A stretch of DNA of 8,085 nt from positions 1 through 8,085 of the forward strand of contig JBHLPL010000089.1 of assembly GCA_048939465.1 (NCBI GenBank), read 5' to 3'. Of the stretch, positions 5,922-8,085 are shown piece after piece. The position numbers were made by a program, and so were the translations under genes. Source of the DNA: Promethearchaeota archaeon (GTDB taxonomy: Archaea; Asgardarchaeota; Odinarchaeia; Odinarchaeales; JBHLKK01). Within the stretch, counting starts at the first letter, position 1. Each line of letters starts with the position of its first letter. The notes beneath the pieces were generated by a model. That model saw only the letters and a list, made by a program, of their open reading frames with translations, ran no database searches and was not told where the DNA came from.

Positions 5922-6549
5922 CTACTCGTTTTTCTGCTTGCTCGAATTGGAAAGGATCAGCGATAACAATGTTTCTATTTTTCCAATTCATCTCTTCTAT
6001 ACCCTTAACAAGGGCTGCAACTTGAGTATTCGCGAGAGCTTTTTTACTATAGCCCATTCCATTCTTGTAACTTATCGATTCAAGGTCTACCGGAGGAGCT
6101 GCACTGCCAAAATAGAAGAAATGGTTAGAGATTAGTACATTATCAGTCTTGGTATCTCTCTGAAAGTTTGTCATATTAGTTGAACCATCTTGGTTACTGT
6201 GATGTGAATCCTCTTGAATCCAGTCCCCTGTTGCTGTATCCCTATGATATACATTGTCCCCGACCATCATTACAGAACTTCCGTTGCGTACAGGTTTTTT
6301 TATTTGAAATCTTGTATCTGCCCAATACGTTTCAAATGTGAGTATCTCTGAAATATTCATCAGAAATATGCACTTTCCTGTCGCTCGTAGACGACTTCCT
6401 CCAACACCCATCACCCAATCTCCGATCCGAGCACCTTTTCTGATTTCTGGTTTGCATGTGGCCAAAGTGCAGTATCCATGAAATGGGTTTGGAGCAAAAC
6501 CGAAGTCACGATCGACAACATAAACATATAGGTTTCTTTGGTCTAACAT
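5896..6549 (-). CDS. Nucleotide modification associated domain 2 (Nmad2) protein (217 aa)
   Basis: The N-terminal YVYVVDRDFGFAPNPFHGYCTLATCKPEIRKGARIGDWVMGVGG, together with GDNVYHRD, WIQEDSHHS and VLISNHFFYFG, is characteristic of Nmad2. The ATG overlaps the upstream TIR stop by 7 nt. Confidence 0.85.
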   Translation of the reverse strand: MLDQRNLYVYVVDRDFGFAPNPFHGYCTLATCKPEIRKGARIGDWVMGVGGSRLRATGKCIFLMNISEILTFETYWADTRFQIKKPVRNGSSVMMVGDNVYHRDTATGDWIQEDSHHSNQDGSTNMTNFQRDTKTDNVLISNHFFYFGSAAPPVDLESISYKNGMGYSKKALANTQVAALVKGIEEMNWKNRNIVIADPFQFEQAEKRVDQGTSKIS

Positions 6550-7031
6550 ATGGTACGAGGGCCGTCCTTCCTGGGACTAGGTGTTCCATCAGGATTCTGA
6601 AATGATGGTTCTCCTTCAATCGCAGAGATTATACTTTCAGAGTCCCAACCAACGACCTGTGAGGTCCCGTACTTATCTAAGGCTGGAGGACGATCGACTT
6701 TATCCTTGAGCCCACTCTCGTAGACTCCCACAATCTTCTTCCCTTGCCTATGCGCTTGCTCAATTTCCCAGTTTACCCAGGGGCGCTTGTAGGTCTCCTT
6801 GCCAACAATGACTATTACTGAACCGGCCCAAGATAACTTCATCCTAAGTAGACGTTTGATTACCGCATCTTTAACGAGTCCCTTATCTAAACGTTCTTGG
6901 TTTGCTGGTTTAGCTCGGATGGAACTATTTCTAATGTTATATCCGTTTTTCCGAAGTAAGTCTGTTAGTTTATCAACATCGGCGTCATCCTTATGATGAT
7001 GACTAATGAAAACATTCTTCGTCTCTGCCAT
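6543..7031 (-). CDS. ThsB-like TIR-domain protein (MTH538/DUF1863 type) (162 aa)
   Basis: KNVFISHHHKDD (beta-A), AGSVIVIVGKETYKRPWVNWEIEQA (beta-C/alpha-C with the catalytic Glu in WEI) and GKKIVGVY. AGAGG SD-like motif upstream. Confidence 0.9.
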   Translation of the reverse strand: MAETKNVFISHHHKDDADVDKLTDLLRKNGYNIRNSSIRAKPANQERLDKGLVKDAVIKRLLRMKLSWAGSVIVIVGKETYKRPWVNWEIEQAHRQGKKIVGVYESGLKDKVDRPPALDKYGTSQVVGWDSESIISAIEGEPSFQNPDGTPSPRKDGPRTIC

Positions 7032-7076
7032 CTCATTTCCTCTTTCTCTAAAGCATGAGAACTAGATCTTTTTATT

Positions 7077-7550
7077 CTATTCATCTTCTAGAGAAGTGAG
7101 ATCCTCAACACCAGCCATATCTGCAAGCATTTTTGCATATTTTCTCAACTCGAGTTGCACATCGCCTAACTCTTTTCTGAATTCACTCTTCTTTTCAGGG
7201 TCTTCAAACGTTCCTTGCTGACTAAAACGGTGCCATTTTGCAGTGAAAGGCCTGACAATTTGGTTTAGAACTACTACCGCCAATTTGGTGAACTCAATAC
7301 AGTATCTGGTATTATTCTTCAATACTTGACGAGTAATAGGAAATAACGAATAAACACTCTCTAAAGCGGTTTTTTCATCACCATATTCAACATCGAGTGG
7401 CTGAGTCGTAATGCGCGTTAGTAGTTCGATATATAATTCCCATGCTGCCGTTTTATCTTCGTCTTGAGGTTGCCATTCCATCTCCAGGAACAGGGCCTTT
7501 ATTTTTAAAGATGTCATATCCCAATTTTCCAACCACTTACGCCATTTCAT
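7077..7550 (-). CDS. Conserved-looking alpha-helical hypothetical protein between two TIR genes (157 aa)
   Basis: Start reassigned from the track's GTG at 7559 to the ATG at 7550, which forms an ATGA overlap with the upstream TIR stop (7549-7547). Motif-like blocks: AAWELYIELLTRITTQPL, ALESVYSLF and VLNQIVRPFTAKWH. No recognisable catalytic fold. Confidence 0.82.
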   Translation of the reverse strand: MKWRKWLENWDMTSLKIKALFLEMEWQPQDEDKTAAWELYIELLTRITTQPLDVEYGDEKTALESVYSLFPITRQVLKNNTRYCIEFTKLAVVVLNQIVRPFTAKWHRFSQQGTFEDPEKKSEFRKELGDVQLELRKYAKMLADMAGVEDLTSLEDE

Positions 7551-8085
7551 TCCTGCCACCTACCTCCTGAACGGTTATTAGCGAATAAAGGGCGAGTGTT
7601 ATTAGGATTCACTCTATTTCGCCTTTCAAATGCTTCGTGAATCCAACTCTGGACAGTGTTTGCATCATTACTCCAGTTATAGATTTCTGCAAAGCGGCAT
7701 TTGATGTTGTCACATAATCTTGGTGGAATTGTGTATGGATCATATGTTTGTTGATCCTGACGAGGATAAGTAGGGAGGATAATTCCGAGAAGCCCGGAGC
7801 GAGGATTATACTGCGTATGTCTAATGCTAGCCGCAATTTCCCAGTCGACATGTTTGCGTTTCCACGTTTCTGCTCCGATTAAAACAACTGTGACTGTTGA
7901 ATCGCGTAAATATTCTTCTCTAATTTTTTGTCGTATGGTTTCTGTTTTCAGGTTTGGATCTAGGTCGCCGATCTGTACCGATCTGACCACCATAATATCA
8001 TTGATATGTGCAAACATATATTCAAAGCTATCTCTATATGCTTGATCTCTTAGGTGATGATAACTTACGAATACCTTGTGTCTAA
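7547..8085 (-). CDS. ThsB-like TIR-domain protein, 5'-truncated by the window edge (178 aa visible)
   Basis: The frame is open to the window edge. Upstream of the track's ATG at 8017 it reads RHKVFVSYHHLRDQAYRDSFEY, the typical ThsB beta-A motif. It continues IRQKIREEYLRDSTVTVVLIGAETWKRKHVDWEIAAS (catalytic Glu in WEI) and GLLGIILP. Confidence 0.9.
   Translation of the reverse strand, partial: RHKVFVSYHHLRDQAYRDSFEYMFAHINDIMVVRSVQIGDLDPNLKTETIRQKIREEYLRDSTVTVVLIGAETWKRKHVDWEIAASIRHTQYNPRSGLLGIILPTYPRQDQQTYDPYTIPPRLCDNIKCRFAEIYNWSNDANTVQSWIHEAFERRNRVNPNNTRPLFANNRSGGRWQE

Noticed and set aside
5917-6135. 72-aa plus-strand ORF
   Set aside because: Antisense to Nmad2.
6799-6996. 65-aa plus-strand ORF
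   Set aside because: Antisense to the TIR gene.
7609-8045. 80-aa minus-strand (alternate frame) and 73-aa plus-strand ORFs
   Set aside because: Both overlap the ThsB-like TIR, which has clear motifs; neither shows coding features.
6543-8085. Naming the TIR genes thsB of a canonical Thoeris system
   Set aside because: No ThsA (SIR2-SLOG, TM-Macro or caspase-like) is seen in the window, so the gene symbol is withheld until the flank is examined.

Overview
Accessory, defence-island-like window with two convergent gene clusters. On the + strand, an XRE/Cro-HTH regulator (1459-1950, -) is transcribed divergently from a tightly packed radical SAM/SPASM, Fe-S uracil-DNA-glycosylase-family and HD-phosphohydrolase operon, followed by a small MazG-like ORF whose acidic motifs look degenerate. 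On the - strand, a partly translationally coupled cluster reads ThsB-like TIR (cut by the right window edge), conserved helical hypothetical, second ThsB-like TIR, Nmad2 (nucleotide modification associated domain 2). No Thoeris ThsA effector is visible in the window. The divergent intergenic region holds back-to-back sigma70-type promoters whose -35 boxes form a 16/18 palindrome (candidate XRE operator), plus a second tandem promoter. Two small unannotated frames look like orphan gene tails: the C-terminus of a large serine recombinase (1334-1408) and the C-terminus of a second Nmad2 allele (5778-5921). Both suggest cassette turnover. The left end has a 5'-truncated hypothetical with receiver-like segments and a small single-TM protein. 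All family calls come from motif recognition by eye; no database searches were run. No rRNA, tRNA, CRISPR array or intact mobile element was seen.
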